Source of the DNA: Vicugna vicugna
Taxonomy: Eukaryota
Assembly: GCA_013265495.1 (NCBI GenBank)
Contig: MU058636.1
Coordinates: 3,583,967-3,647,966, forward strand
Direction of reading: 5' to 3'
DNA: 64,000 bases
Shown one piece after another: positions 49,784 to 62,957 of the stretch (position 1 is its first letter; every line of letters starts with the position of its first letter). A program made the position numbers and the translations under genes. The notes under the pieces were generated by a model. That model was not told where the DNA came from, ran no database searches, and worked only from the letters and a program-made list of their open reading frames with translations.

Positions 49784-49988
49784 TTTTTTTTTTAATGTAT
49801 TTAAACTTTTTATTGAAGTATAGTTGATGTTCAAAATTATGTAAAGTTACAGGTGTACAAGAGTCACAATTTTAAAGGTTATACTCTATTTATAGTTATT
49901 ATAAAATATTGTCTCTATTCCCTGTGTTGTACAACATATTACTGTGGTTTATTTTAGGCATAATAGTTTGTATCTTTCAATCCCCTAC
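49784..49988 (-). mobile_element. Short L1 3' end in ALOX5AP intron 1
   Basis: T-tail followed by tattgaagtatagttgatgt...aggtgtacaa...ttccctgtgttgtacaacat. Confidence 0.75.
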
Positions 49989-52971
49989 TGGGTGGTAAAA
50001 GTGGGGTTCAAACCTGCTCCACAGAGCAGACATCTCCGCCGTGCACACTGCTGCAAATTCATTCACTCACACACACACAACTTGGGGAGTTCTCTATTGT
50101 AACGAGCTGAAATCTGTTGTCCTGTAATTTCTACCCACTGGTCCTGCGTCTGTTCTTTGAAAAAGCTTCACCTGTGCCTGCTGCCTCTGTGTTTACAAAA
50201 CCAGCTGTAACATCCCTTCTTCAGCGTATTTCTCATGGGACTTAGTTTCCAGAGTCCCTTGTCCTTGAGTTTCCCCGCCACCACCCACCCCAACTTGCCA
50301 CATTCTTTCTAAGATGCAGGTAGGTGTTTTCTGCGTGGGGAAACTGTTCCTGAGATCCAGACATCAGTTCTATTAAAATAATCCATGTGTGAGTTATTCT
50401 TCTGGGGATTTGTGTCACACTGCTGGCTCATACTAACTTGGTGCTTAAAAATCTCAAGATCTTTTAATGTGATCCTGAGAAAGTTTTCTGACCCTCAGTT
50501 TCCTCAATGGAGAAGTGGCGTTATTAATACCTTCCATGCATGGTGGCTGTAGGTACTGCCTGAGATGGCAACACAGGCAGAGTCACTCGCGGAGCCCGGC
50601 ATGTGGTAGGTTCTAGGCGATGACTGCAGCCTTCTCTCTCTGTGTCTCTTTCTGTCTCTCTGGTTTGGCCGGATGTTAGCAGCCGGCCAAGAGAGGTGTG
50701 AGAATGGTCTTTGCGTGCACAGCTTCTGTAATATGGTCCGGGATAATAGAAGTTGGGGTGTCAGTGTTCGGTGAGGAGTCGGCACAGGTGACCCAACTCT
50801 TTCAAGTTTAGCTTAGGAGGAAAGAGAAGGAGACCCTAGTGGGATACTGGACTGAGGCAGGCTTGTTTCTGTTTCATTTTGAGGGTGGGAAAGATCTGAG
50901 TGTGTTTCGAAGGTAAAGAGAAGGAGAAAATAGAGACTGAATGTTCTGGAAATGGGGCAAACACTGATGAACAAAGACCTGAAGATGGTGGCAGAAATGA
51001 GGTCAGAATGGAAGGTGGAGGGCCAGCCTGGGAAAAGAGGAAGGAGTTTGTTCTCTGAGTAAGCAGAGGAAGGAGAGGCGGACTCGGAGAAGTACAACCA
51101 TGTTGTGCAGCTGGTTGCAGAAATCACCTCTGCCTTTCTTAATACTGTCCCTGTTTACATGTTTAGAGGCAGTGGATGTCACCTTGGGTTCTGGGAAGAC
51201 AATGATCAGAATCTTCCACTGCCTTCTATGGTGAGAAGAGACATTCAGAATGGACTGTTGGATACTTAAACCCTGTGTAGCTGATGGAATCCCTGCAGTG
51301 AGCCTCAGTGTGACAGTAAGGGGATAAACATATCCTTGTGTGCACAGTGGGGTACCAATCCCCGCTTCCCTGCTCCCCAGTGGAGTGACTCTGAGAAAGT
51401 TATTTCACCTCCCTGAGCCTTATGCCCTTGTCTACAAAGTGGGGATGGTACCGCCCACTTCCCAGAGCTGGTGCAAAGCCCAGTAAAGGAATATAAGTCA
51501 GGTGCCTACCAGCGCATCTGCGGGGGGTAGACCCCCCTCACACAAGCCAGCCCTGCAGCTCTGCTCAACACGGGCACAGCTCCAGAAAGGAAAACACAAA
51601 GGCTTTTATTCATGTATGCAATTGATAAGGCATCTTTCTCCTGTCTTTTTGAGGAGGCTCATGTGAAGCTGATGAGAAGGAATCCTGTGAGTGGATCCCT
51701 GACAGTCACACGTTTCCTTTTTTCACTTTTGAAATAGCAGTCTCAAGGGAAAAATAGGAGGGGTGGGGAGAGAGAGAGACCTTCATCCCCTACCCCCGAA
51801 GTGCAGTCTACAGACAAGACAGATTCTGCCTCCTCGGCATCTCTGAATCCCACAGGGGTCACCCTCACCAGCTCCTCCTGCTTCTCATCTTGGGTCTCAC
51901 CGTCTAAACACTCCCCGTGCTAAAGACCGAGTGGCTGTCTGACGATGCCGTTCCTCAGCTTACACTTGTCAGGAGCTCCTTCTTGCTTTTGAGATGGAAA
52001 TAAATTCCGAAGTTCTTAACGTGGCTCTCATCAAGGTCAAGGTCACGGTCACACTGCTAAGTCCAGTGGGCACTTCTCAGCCACCATCTTCTCCAGCTTG
52101 GCCCTCTTACTGCCTTCTCCTCGAGGCTCCCTCCGGCCACCCCGTCCAGTACTCCCAATGGCCCTCATCATGCTACACTGTCTCTTCTGCCCAAAGCCCA
52201 GCACACTGTATAGTTTTAATTTTTGCACTTTGTTTCCTGTGTGTGGTCTGTCTCCTCTGCTTGTATCCTCTTCAAAACATAAGCTCCTTGGGCCAAAGCT
52301 CTTTGTCTGTTCCGTTCTCAGATGCAAGCTGAGTGTCTGGCACATGGCAAGTGACAACAGAGAAATGACATTGAAAGAACAGTTCACCACCTACTTCTTT
52401 GGCCTCATTTGCAGTTCTGCCAGGTTCCCCACCCCTTCCCTTGCACCCCTTCCCCCCCAGTAAGCTGGAGGTACTGAGGTTCTTGCCTCTGAGTCTTCAC
52501 CTGTGTCATTAGAGTGGCATGACCTCTTCCCTGTCCCCTACACCCTCCATCTGCTTGGCCACTTCCTACTTGTTCTTCAGATTTTATCCTGCATGTCACT
52601 TCCTCTAGGAATCCTGTGACCCAAACACTGAATTAACTTGCCCTCTTTGATCCTTGATAGCTCCATGTTGTCTCTCAGTCTCATCTTAGCATGAGTCCCT
52701 CTGTACTTTCTGTGCTTCTCTTTCTTTCAACTGTGGGATCCTTGAAAGTGGAGGCCATGTCTCACTCACCATTGTTGCATCACCAGCACCAAACACAGTG
52801 ATCAGAAAAGAGTAGCTCCTGAATAAATGTTTGCTCAGTGACATTTGACAGAGGACATTTAGGGCTGTGTAGAGGTCCAGTTAAGGAAACATTTAACACG
52901 CTAGTAAAATAATGTGTTACCAGGCTCGTGAACGTGCTGTTACAAACCAAATCCAAACCTTCCCCCTGCAG

Positions 52972-53071
52972 GGTTCTTTGCCCACAAGGTGGAGCATGAG
53001 AGCAAGACGCATAATGGGCGGAGCTTCCAGAGGACGGGGACACTCGCCTTTGAGCGGGTCTACACTGCCAA
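52972..53071 (+). CDS. ALOX5AP: ALOX5AP coding exon 2
   Basis: Acceptor ttccccctgcag|, 100 nt, (G)FFAHKVEHESKTHNGRSFQRTGTLAFERVYTA(N), donor AA|GTGAGT. Phase matches exon 1. Confidence 0.97.
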
Positions 53072-56000
53072 GTGAGTACAAACCCTGACACTTCTGACTT
53101 ACAGAGAAGGGGCCTGGGCACAGGGCTTCCCTGCCTGAGTGGCGGCCATCTTGAGACCACATGTCTGCCTGGGCCAACCTCCTGAAGGCCAGGGAGGTGG
53201 GGCTCCCAGGGAAGGCTGAACTTCACATCAGAGACTCTGTAGACACTCTTCATCATCTTAGCAACTGCTGGTGCTTAAAGAAAGTGGGATGTGGGGGTGG
53301 GGGCTGGGGAGTGACCTCCACAGCCAGTCACTGACCAACTTCCTGGCCAGGGTTGGGGTGGGGGGTTAGTCCAGAGGTGCTTTCATGAAAACCAGCCATG
53401 ACTCACCAGCCGGCTTCAGAAGCCACAGGCGGGACCAGCTGGCAACAGCCTGCCTTCAGCGGCCCTCACTGCCCCTTGGCGGAGTCCGAGGGGGAGCTCC
53501 AGTGCATTTCCTAACCTGGGTCTCCTTGAGCAACCAGAACAAGAAGAGAAAGAGTGGGAGGATTATGCAACTGCTTCTCCACCTCTCATCCTTTACTTCC
53601 GAATAAAAAGCTGTTTGAAAACACCTGAACAACTCTGCAAAGGAGGTGGGTGCTATTTGGGATGCAAATCCGAAAGGATGTTACTCAAACACTCATTTTC
53701 CTCTCTGCCGAATGCGTTTCCACAGATGATTCAGCCAGTGGCATGTCGCCTGCTTCTCTGTGCCTGTGGCCGGGGGCCTGTCAGAAAGGAAGGCTTTAGC
53801 AAGGAGCTGGCCAAGGAGCTGGCCTTAGTCTCGGCTTGGAGGTGACTTTGATGTCACCAGAGATCCTTCCAAAGGGGGAGTCATGGCCACACAAAAATGT
53901 CCTTTTAGAAAGGCAAGAATACGATCCATCTGTCTCCTGCCCACCTCACCCGCCCAGACCCAGCACTCCTGCGTGGTCTGATCGCAAGGAAATCCTTCCC
54001 CGAATGACTTAGAGAGATTTCCATCTTCAGTGTATTAACCCTCAGAATCAATGGGAGAAGTTTAAAGATGTGAGTTAAGCCTTTTTAGATGTTCACATGT
54101 ACAGGGGGCAGGGACAGTGCCTAGGGTCACATCAACGTCTCCGCGCTGTTTGCTGGGGGAGGGGGGAGACGTCCCCTCAGACATCCACGTGCAAGAGGGG
54201 CCAAGATGGTGTCCTCGATCAGGGGTGACGTGACCACCTCCCTGGAAACGGAGTCGAAAAGCACGTTAATACTCTTCTACTGGTTTGGGAGAAGCTGCTT
54301 TTTTCTGCCCAGATCACTACGTTCTCACCAGCTCCATTGTGTTCTTAGGAACACAGCTCGTCCAGTTTGGAGAAGTGGGGCAGGGCTGGTGAGAGGCGAC
54401 GTTTCCATTTTGCCAGCAGTGAAGGAGAGACGGAGCAGACCAGGCTGTCTGGCTTCTGCCAGGCCCCCCAGGAGTGAACTAGCTCTCCATCTAAGAGGCC
54501 ACTGTGCTGCTGACACCTAGTCCCCACCGCCAGCCTCCAAACTGTGTTAGTGCCGCTTGGTGGTGGCTGCGCTGTCATCTGGAAAGGTGGCTTGGAAGTT
54601 CTGCAACAATATGGGGTTCCTGAGGGCAGAAGGCACTGGAGGAGAGCGATGGGTGGTCGGTGCAGCCCAGGGGTCCCCACTATGGGGGTGCTACAGCCCT
54701 GCTCCCCAAACCCCAGTGACTCACACTTACCATCCCAGAGACCGGGTGGAGACTGAGGGGAGGAGAGAGAGCTGTGGAGAGGTAGGAACTAGGTGGCAGT
54801 GGTAGGGGGAGGAGGAGAATTTTCTGTAAGATAAGGTTACCCAGACATGGCTGTGGTTCTGTTACAAAGACCGCTTCCTCCCTGACCCAGCGAGTGGTGC
54901 GCTGTGTGTGCCCGCAGTGGGCCGTGGAAGGGGTTGCTGATCAACGCAGTGGCTGCTGCCTACCGGCCAAGCCAGGGCTCCCAGTCTGCTCGCCTCTGCC
55001 AGGAAGCTCCTGTGAAGTGTTAGTCCAGTAGAAAGTCATCCCCAGTGCTTGCTTCTCCAGGAGACTCCAAAACGCCAAGGAGGGTGCAAGATGAGCCATG
55101 GGGTCCAAGACGAAAAGAACATGTATTTAATCTTGCAATCTAAAAATCAGGAAGTGAAACTTGACTCAGTTTTAATATACAGACTGAGAGTCTTGTGTGT
55201 ACATAATTTATAAACAAATATACCTGTCATAGGACCGCACAATCAAAACTGTTGGTTGATGGGGTGTGGGATCATAAATGTTTAGAGACCGTATGAAGGG
55301 AAAATAGCATGAAGAATAAATGGTGCTGGGGGACTGAAAAGCCTGATGCATATTTTTCAGCATAAAATGTGACTGTTGGCTGATATAGGTAGCTGAAGAT
55401 TTGAGAACAGCTGATAAACAGATGTCCCAGCCAGGGGAGGACCCCAGCTCATACTCGGGTCGGTGAATGGGCTGCCCCACCACCCAGCTCCCTCGAGAGC
55501 ACACCTGAGTCAGGGTTTGAGAACTAAAAGGATCTTGACCTTGACTTTCTGTTCATGTGTCTAAAACATAGTTGAAAGCCCTGTCCCCCGCTGACGAACA
55601 CAGCCAGAGCAGTCGAAGTTTGATTTTTGGAGGAAAGTCTCCGTTAACTGACCTAAGATTCTTCCCCATGAGAGCGGGTGAGCACAGGCGGCAGAGAGAA
55701 GATGGGTCTCTGGAGATGGGCCATCTTCCAAAATGTGCCCCATAGATTACAAGCGTGCGGGCGGATAACAGGTGGCACAGGGAAGAACAGGTTCTGTACA
55801 GCGAGACTGCTGAGAACCTTTAAAGTACTAAAAGACACTGTGATCCTTGGTTTTCCAAGAAGGCGAGGTCTCATTTAAGTACAGACACCCCTCCTTTTTT
55901 TTTTTTTCGCAGAGCATAGCAAAGGTACAGTGTTTCACAAAATGCATTTTAGTAAATGCCACCCTGAGGGGTCTTCTCCCCTGCACCTCTCAGAATTCAC

Positions 56001-57874
56001 TCTAGACTCACTTCTAAGTAGCGTGGATTGTTGAATTATTTCAAGGGGACACATCTACATTGATACTATTGATTAGTATTGAGACTATTACTATTCTTAG
56101 CGATCTTTACTTATTTTCAATGAGCCCAAATTAACTAACAAAACATTAAGTGCTTCTATAGCGCATTCCCAAAGGCGGAGAAGTATGAAAGGGAAAATCG
56201 CAATGAGTCCTTTTCTCCATAAAAGCACTGACAGCACAGTGCGCCTAACTGAACACAGCACAGTGAATTGTCGCCAGATCTGCTGAGTAGCTCATTGTTA
56301 GACCTCAAGAAATGACAGACGCAATGAGTTTGTCAGTTCTGTCTTGCAGGAAAAAAATGGCACAAATGAATATTTGGGAGAATAATCTTTGTCAGTAGGA
56401 AAGACATTTCCACTGGGGGTTATAAGAAGGAGGCGGCTGGAGGAGTAACAGCCACCATTACTGGATGCTTAGTACGAGCCAGGCACGGCTTTATCTCACT
56501 GTATCCTGATAGCAGTTCAGGGAGGTAATTCTCACGTCTCCATTCACCTCTAATAGATGAGAAAATTGAGACTCAGGGAGGCTAGGAAATGCACGCACAA
56601 TCACACAGTCAGAAAGCAGTAGACCCTGTGTTGGACCTGGGCTCTGTGACTTTAAAGAACACACAGGCATCCTCTGGGCCCCAAGAGGCAGCTGTGTCAC
56701 TGACCAAAGCTGCTTGAATTCAGCCCTGCAGCAGCCCACAGTCAAGGAGGGGCATGTGTGCATGGAGCTTTGGATGGCAGACGTGTCACAGGTCCTGGAT
56801 GGGGAGGGCGCCTAGCTTGAGCCAGAGTGAGAGTTAGGACTCTGGGTATATTCTGGGCATAATCCAGAAAAAGGCCCATTTTCTTAGTGTTGGGAGAGTT
56901 TTGTTGCCTTCCAGGCAGACCATGTTTTACCAGGGACCGTGGTGACTTGAGCTAATACGGAGGAATGCCTGAATGACTGATCCAATGTGTCCAGTCACTG
57001 GACAGTTCTCTCTATGAGCAGATCCCTTGGACAGTAAAGAATTCTTAAAAATTTTGCATCACCCAGACAAAATCAGTACTTCAAAACAAACAAAAACAGA
57101 AGTATGAGAATGAGAGGAAGCAGGGAGATCTTTGGTAATGACAGATTTTCAAACTGTTGGAGCGTCAGGTATTAGATCCCATCAGACATGGAACATCATT
57201 CAACTACAGAAAAAGGAGTTTTCTCTCTAGTTTCCTTGAGCTGGGAGATGGATCACGTTCTCCGCGTCCTGAGGCTGCAGTTTTGTCTCTAATAACGTGT
57301 AAGAAGAGGTGTGATGCTCCTGTTTGCTTAGTGGCTGCTACAGTTATCACTGTGCGGCTTGTTTCTTCACTAAGTGTTTCCTCCCAAATGGTTGATTTGA
57401 AAGGGGCTCCTGCCCTTTGGCATTTATTGTGTCCATAGGTCAGTGGAAATCTTGGGCTTCCGAAGTACCTAGCAAGGTCAGCAGAGCTCTGCTGCCTCCC
57501 TTGTGCCCGTATCCCAGGACAGGATACACTGGTCTCTTACCTTTTCCATTCATTGACTTCTCCAGTAAAGGACTTTTTGACCGTCAGAGAAACATGAGGG
57601 CCTGCATGGCCAGAGTTAACGGCCCAGCCTCTCTGGGTGCTCTGCAGGGGGCGGACCAAGGGCTGGTCATTCCAGAGTTCTCAGTGCTACCAGCTGAATC
57701 GTGAGACCCCATCAATTTGAGCGAGGGTTCAAGACTGACTTTTAGGAGGAGAATGATCAGTATGAAATCAAGAAGGATCCAGATGAAGAATCCAAGGAAG
57801 GAGTTTGGATGAAAGGCCAAATATATTTAAATTGCATCTTTGCTTTTACGTAGATAGTTTGAATGACCTTAGAC

Positions 57875-58039
57875 CAGTGGTTCTCAAACCTGAGTGTGCA
57901 TCAGAATCACCTGGAGGGCTTGTTAAAACACAGATTGCTGGGCCTGTAGGTCTGGGGAGGGCATTAATATTTGCATTTTTAACAAGTTCCCTGGTGATTC
58001 TGATGTTGCTGATCCATGAACCACACCTTGGGAACCAGT
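57875..58039 (+). mobile_element. MER5A (hAT-Charlie) DNA transposon
   Basis: cagtggttctcaaacctgagtgtgcatcagaatcacctggagggcttgttaaaacacagattgctgggcc...gggaaccagt. Confidence 0.85.
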
Positions 58040-58330
58040 ACATTGGACCATCGACTCTTAGAGTTTAAGTGGATCTTAGAGTTATTAATTATTAGTCTCT
58101 TAGTTTTACAGGTAAGGAAACTAAGTCCAGAGAGCTTGCTTTGCCAAAGACAAACAGCTGGTTAATGTCAGGTCGGGGCCTGAATACTCGTCATGTGCCC
58201 GTTCCAGGCTATTGCACTGCCCCCCGCTTCTGCTTCTGTGTCTTGTCATGTTTTTCCATGGATGTGCATTTTGATTGTCCTGATCTAGACCGTAAACTCC
58301 TCAGGAGGACACTCACTATTTAATTTAGTA

Positions 58331-58641
58331 CAGCAAACCTTGTTTTATTGCACACCACAGAAACTGTATTTCTTGTTTTCTTTTTTTTTTTTTAACAAGT
58401 TGAAAGTTTATGGCAACCCTGCATTGTCAGATGATAGTTTAGCAATTTTTAGCAATAAAATATTTGCTTTGTTTCTTAGGCATAAAGCTATTACATACTT
58501 ATTGGACTACAGCATAGCATAAACATCACTTTTATATGCACTGAGAAATCAAAAAAAAACCCATATGACTTGCTTTATTGCTGTATTTGCTTTATTGCAT
58601 TGGTCTGAAACCGAATCCACAGTATCTCCAAGGTGTGCCTG
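58331..58641 (+). mobile_element. Non-autonomous Tigger1 derivative (TcMar; Tigger1a_Art-like)
   Basis: TA on both flanks. Left end CAGCAAACCTTG, right end reverse complement CAGGCACACCTTGG. Internal gtttatggcaaccctgc and tgctttattgc...tggtctgaaaccgaatcc match Tigger1 termini. Confidence 0.8.
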
Positions 58642-58787
58642 TAGAGTCGAGGAGGTAACAGACCTGGTTTTAGAATCATACTGACCAGGGTGTGAATCCT
58701 GGCTTTGCTACTCTGCATCTGGGTGACCCTGGGCAAGTTATTCAGTTTCTCCAAGATTCAGTTTCTCATCTGAAACATGAGACTAAC

Positions 58788-59226
58788 TGTGGTAGGCAGA
58801 GTAACTACCCCCAGAGATGTTCACATCCTAATCCTGGGAACATGTGAATAGGAGATGTTACATGGCAAGGGGGAATTAAGGTTGCTGACCAGTTGACCTT
58901 AAGACAAAGAGATTACCTGGGTGGGACCCAGTGTGATCACAAGCGTCTTTTAAACATGGGAGAAGGAGGCAGAAGAGCTGGTGTTGCAAAGACATGATCA
59001 GCCATTGCTGGCTTTGAGGTTGGAAGGGGCCACAAGCCAAGGAATGAAGGAGATCCCTAGAAGCTGGGAAAGGCAAGGAAAGAGGGCGAATGCAGCCATG
59101 CTGATACCTTGATTTTGGCCCAATGAGATCGATTTCAGACTTCTGACCTCCAGATAATACATTTGTCTTGTTTTAAGCCACTGAGCTTGTGGCTACTTGC
59201 CCCGGCAGCCACAGAAACCTCGTACA
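58788..59226 (+). mobile_element. MaLR solo LTR (MLT1D-like), adjacent to a MIR at about 58660-58787
   Basis: TGTGGTAGGCAGA...gatgttcacatcctaatcc...ttacatggcaagggggaattaaggttgc...ttcagacttctgacctccaga...ttaagccact...TACA. Confidence 0.85.
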
Positions 59227-59854
59227 GTCACCACGTGTCCTGCGTGAGTTTAAAGGAGACGAGAAGTGTTAAGACGCCAGCCTGAGAGCCCCTTCCACAG
59301 AGACGAGGACTGAGCCTTGCACACAGAAATTGTTCCATCAGCAAGATAACTTTCTGAGCGCCGGCTTTTCTGAATCAACCTGGTTCCTTTCATGCTTGAA
59401 GCTCGCCTTTCCTTCCTCGGCTTGGCCCCATGTCTGAGCTGACTTGTGTGTCTGACATAAAGCTTTCGTTAGAGTTGGATCCCTCTTCCCTGCAGCCCCA
59501 GCCCTGACTGCCTCCCAGCCTTGCTGTCTGCGTTGCTCACTTTTCAATTCCAAAAAGTGCTTTGGCATAACTGGGAGTGAAAACCCTGCCAAGGCGAATC
59601 CATCAACAAACCAGGTCTCTGATGGGCTTCACCGAGGAAGGGAGTAAATGGATTCTGAACATGTGTTCTCCTTCCACCACTGTCTGTTTCTGATGTGGCC
59701 GCTGCCCCATTTATCAGGTAGATGTCAGTGGAATTATGAATGGAGTTTGTGCCTCTGAGCGCTGGTGATTGTTAATTCAGCCTTTCAGGTAATTTTCAGA
59801 CTGCACTGCAGTCCCCTGTCTTCTGATTTTTCTCCTTGTTTATTTATTCCACAG

Positions 59855-59925
59855 CCAAAACTGTGTCGATGCATACCCCACCTTCCTGGTCATGCTGTGG
59901 AGCGCAGGGCTTCTCTGCAGCCAAG
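59855..59925 (+). CDS. ALOX5AP: ALOX5AP coding exon 3
   Basis: Acceptor ttattccacag|, 71 nt, (N)QNCVDAYPTFLVMLWSAGLLCSQ plus G, donor AG|GTAACC. Phase is consistent. Confidence 0.97.
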
Positions 59926-61978
59926 GTAACCCAAGCTTCTCCTTGTGTGTTCTCTTTCTGAAACGAAGAGGTTTGAGTGCAGGCTTTTTGTTGAAAAGAC
60001 TGCCTGACCTCCAGCTCAGATCCGTGAAACCCCGGAGGGGTGAGAGCCCTCCAGAGGTCACAGAGCGGGTGCGGTAATGCATTGCTAACGCCTGCTCCCC
60101 AGCGGCTGGTGGAGAGCGCAGTGCTGACGGGCAGGTTTAAGGCTAAGTGTGACTCAGAATACAAGGGCATTATCAATAAGAGCGCCTGAGGGGTCTATTC
60201 TGGGATGGCTGTCACTTGGCTGTCCTGTTAATAGGCGCCTGGCGTGGTGGTCCTCCTTCGGGCCTGGGTCCAGCCTTCCAGGTTATCAGCAGCCCACAGT
60301 CTTGACTACAGCAAGTTGACTCCCAGAGTTGATTTAAAATGCTGTGGAAATCAGAGTCTTTTTGGTCCCCTTTGGAGACTGGCTTTGTGTCTGGTGAAGG
60401 CTTGGCGTGACCTGGCCGGCTTCCACACAGTGGCCCAGCAGTGCATGAGCAAAGGCCACTAGTGTCCTCTGATGAACGATTTCATCCTTCACCCTCTTAC
60501 CTGTTCTATAAAGTAGGTAGAGTGGAATTATTTCCCCCTGGTACCTTTGAGGACACTTTGATTTAGGGAGATAAAGTAGCTTGTTCAAGGATGCTCAGCT
60601 GGCCAATGACAGAGCCAGGATGGGAGCCCTGGTCTTTCAGGCTAAATCCTGGGTTCCTTCACAAGTATCCTCCTACTTTATTCGTTTCCATAAAAATATG
60701 TATCAAACACCTACTGTGTGCCAAGCCCTGTCCCTGGATACACAGTGATAAATAAAACAGAGATGGTGGTAGAGCACACAGCAGATGGCAAGATGGACCA
60801 GAAAATAAGGGAATGGATACATTATTGCCAAGAGTGAGACGCGCCATGAAGGAAAAGAATAAGGTACCGTGGTGGAGAAGAGAGGTGAGGGATGGTAGCA
60901 GAAGCCACTCCCGGAGCACCATGTGGCCGTCTCCTGTGCACCAGAAGGCGATCTGTAAGCTCACCATTTATTTCCCACTTTCTGTCCTCAGTTAAATAAG
61001 AAACATGTCTGGCATGACTTGAAAAACCAAGTCAAACTACACTTACTGTAGGAGTTATGATTCCTTTCATGTCTTGAATAATACTTGGTATAGATGAATG
61101 TGGAATTGTTCTAGTTAGATAAAAACAAACAGGGTTTGAAGGGGCCTCAGGGCCCTGGAAATATGCACTTTCTGCCAAAACAAGTGCTGGCATTGCTGGG
61201 AGACAAAAGTGTCACTAACCCCTGTTCTATAACCGTCATTTCTTACCAATATGGCAGATTGTAGGATTTTTTAGGTGAAAGGAGCCCCAGAGATCATTCC
61301 AGCCCAAACCCATCACTTTATAGAGCAGGAACCCAAACCCCAGGGGAACTTACTTACATCTGAGAATTTTAGACCCTGGATTGAATTTTAGCCCAGGCCA
61401 CACCAGAGGTGGGTGCCATTTCCTCCAAGAAGGCAATGAATTAAGCCACTTGGCACCCTGATTTCTCTCAGCTCATGTTCAGTTTAGTTCCCAGTAGAAG
61501 AGAGACTGGCCGGTAAGTTAGAACAGAGCCATCCAGAAGGGACCAACCAGGAAAAAGTTTGTCCAAGGTGAACTGTGAATGGTGGCAATGTTGTGACCTT
61601 CAGAAAACAGGCAAACCTCACAAGCAGTTTTGTGCTTCTGTTTTCTTATCTGCCACGTAACACTAGTATTGGGGGAGGCAAGGGGGAGTCATGGGTGAAC
61701 ACGGGCCTTGGGGGTAGACAGATTGGAGGCACCTCCGAGGACACTCACTGCTGGGTTGTGACCCTAGGATGCTACTCACCTTTCCTAGTCTGTGTCCCCA
61801 TTTGTAAAACAGGAATAACTGTTCCCAGCATGACTGGGACAGTGTGCTTGAAGCCCCTGCCACAGTGCGTGACACACACTGGATTGAACCATATAAAACT
61901 GCTGATACCTGACTCTGTCTGATCCACAAAGTGGCGCTTTCATACAGTTCCACCCAATAGAAGTAAATAAATGTTATT

Positions 61979-62149
61979 TTTCTAAAAAATATTTTATTTA
62001 ACTTATTTTTTGTTTTGTTTTTGTTTTTGTTTTGGGGGTAATTAGATTTATTTGTTTACTTATTTATTTTGCTGGAGGTACTGGGGAGTGAACCCAGGAC
62101 CTCATGCGTGCTAAGCATGCGCTGTACCACTGAGCTCCACCCTCCCCCC
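61979..62149 (-). mobile_element. tRNA-derived SINE, camelid Vic-1-like
   Basis: ggaggtactggggagtgaacccaggacctcatgcgtgctaagcatgcgctgtaccactgagctccaccctcccc. Degenerate TSD ATAAATGTTATT (61967-61978) and ATAAACGTTGTT (62150-62161). Confidence 0.88.
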
Positions 62150-62932
62150 ATAAACGTTGTTATTGATGGGCTGGTGGTGGTGATAAAGCTGTGAAATCAG
62201 ACAGACCTAGTATCAAGTTTTGCCTCTTCTTGGTCCACCTCACTGACCCTTAGTCACTCATTTGACACACGTTTTGTAAGCCTGTATGTACCAAGCGCTG
62301 TGCCGGGCACAGAGACGGTGGCCAGCCAGAGATGGCTACCCCTGGGGATCTTTTGATCTGGTAGGTGACTCTGGGCAAGTGGACTTCCTTGAGCCTAAAT
62401 GTCTTCATCTGTCAAGTGGTGACGGTAATGTCCTCCTTACCAGGCAGCTGGGAGGATCAGAGACCCAGGTACCCAAAGGGCCCGGGGCAGTGCCTGCACA
62501 CAAAAAAGTACTCAATCGATGCACTTAATTTGGTATTTGAATAATGCTGGGGGGTTTCAAAGAGCTTTTATACCCATACTTCTATTTCAGCCTCATAATA
62601 ATTCCTGATCGGTAGGGAAGCTGTCTTCAGCCCTTTGTCCAGAAGTAGAATTAGTTAAGCATTGGCTCCCAGTCGTCACAGTCCTGGTGGGGCTGGGCTT
62701 TCTAACTCTCAGCTCAAGTTCGTGGCTCTGAGGGTCATTTGGCTTGTGGATATTCCTCACGGGGCTGGAATGCAAGGGGCATTTCTTTCCCTAGAGATGG
62801 TTCCTAAACGGTGGCATCTGTTCAGAAAAGATCAAGCGCTGAGAGTCCGGGAGGCCCACAGGTCAAGGGTGTACTTTGAAGAGAACCAGACTCAGAGCAG
62901 GGCTCAGGGTTCAAGTTCAGCTCTTCTCCCAA

Positions 62933-62957
62933 ACACACACACACACACACACACACC
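62933..62957. repeat. (AC)n microsatellite
   Basis: Directly visible run of about 12 units. Confidence 0.9.

Noticed and set aside
60034..60052. Hairpin GGAGGG-N7-CCCTCC after exon 3 as a structured RNA
   Set aside because: A 6-bp stem is expected by chance and no ncRNA family features are present.
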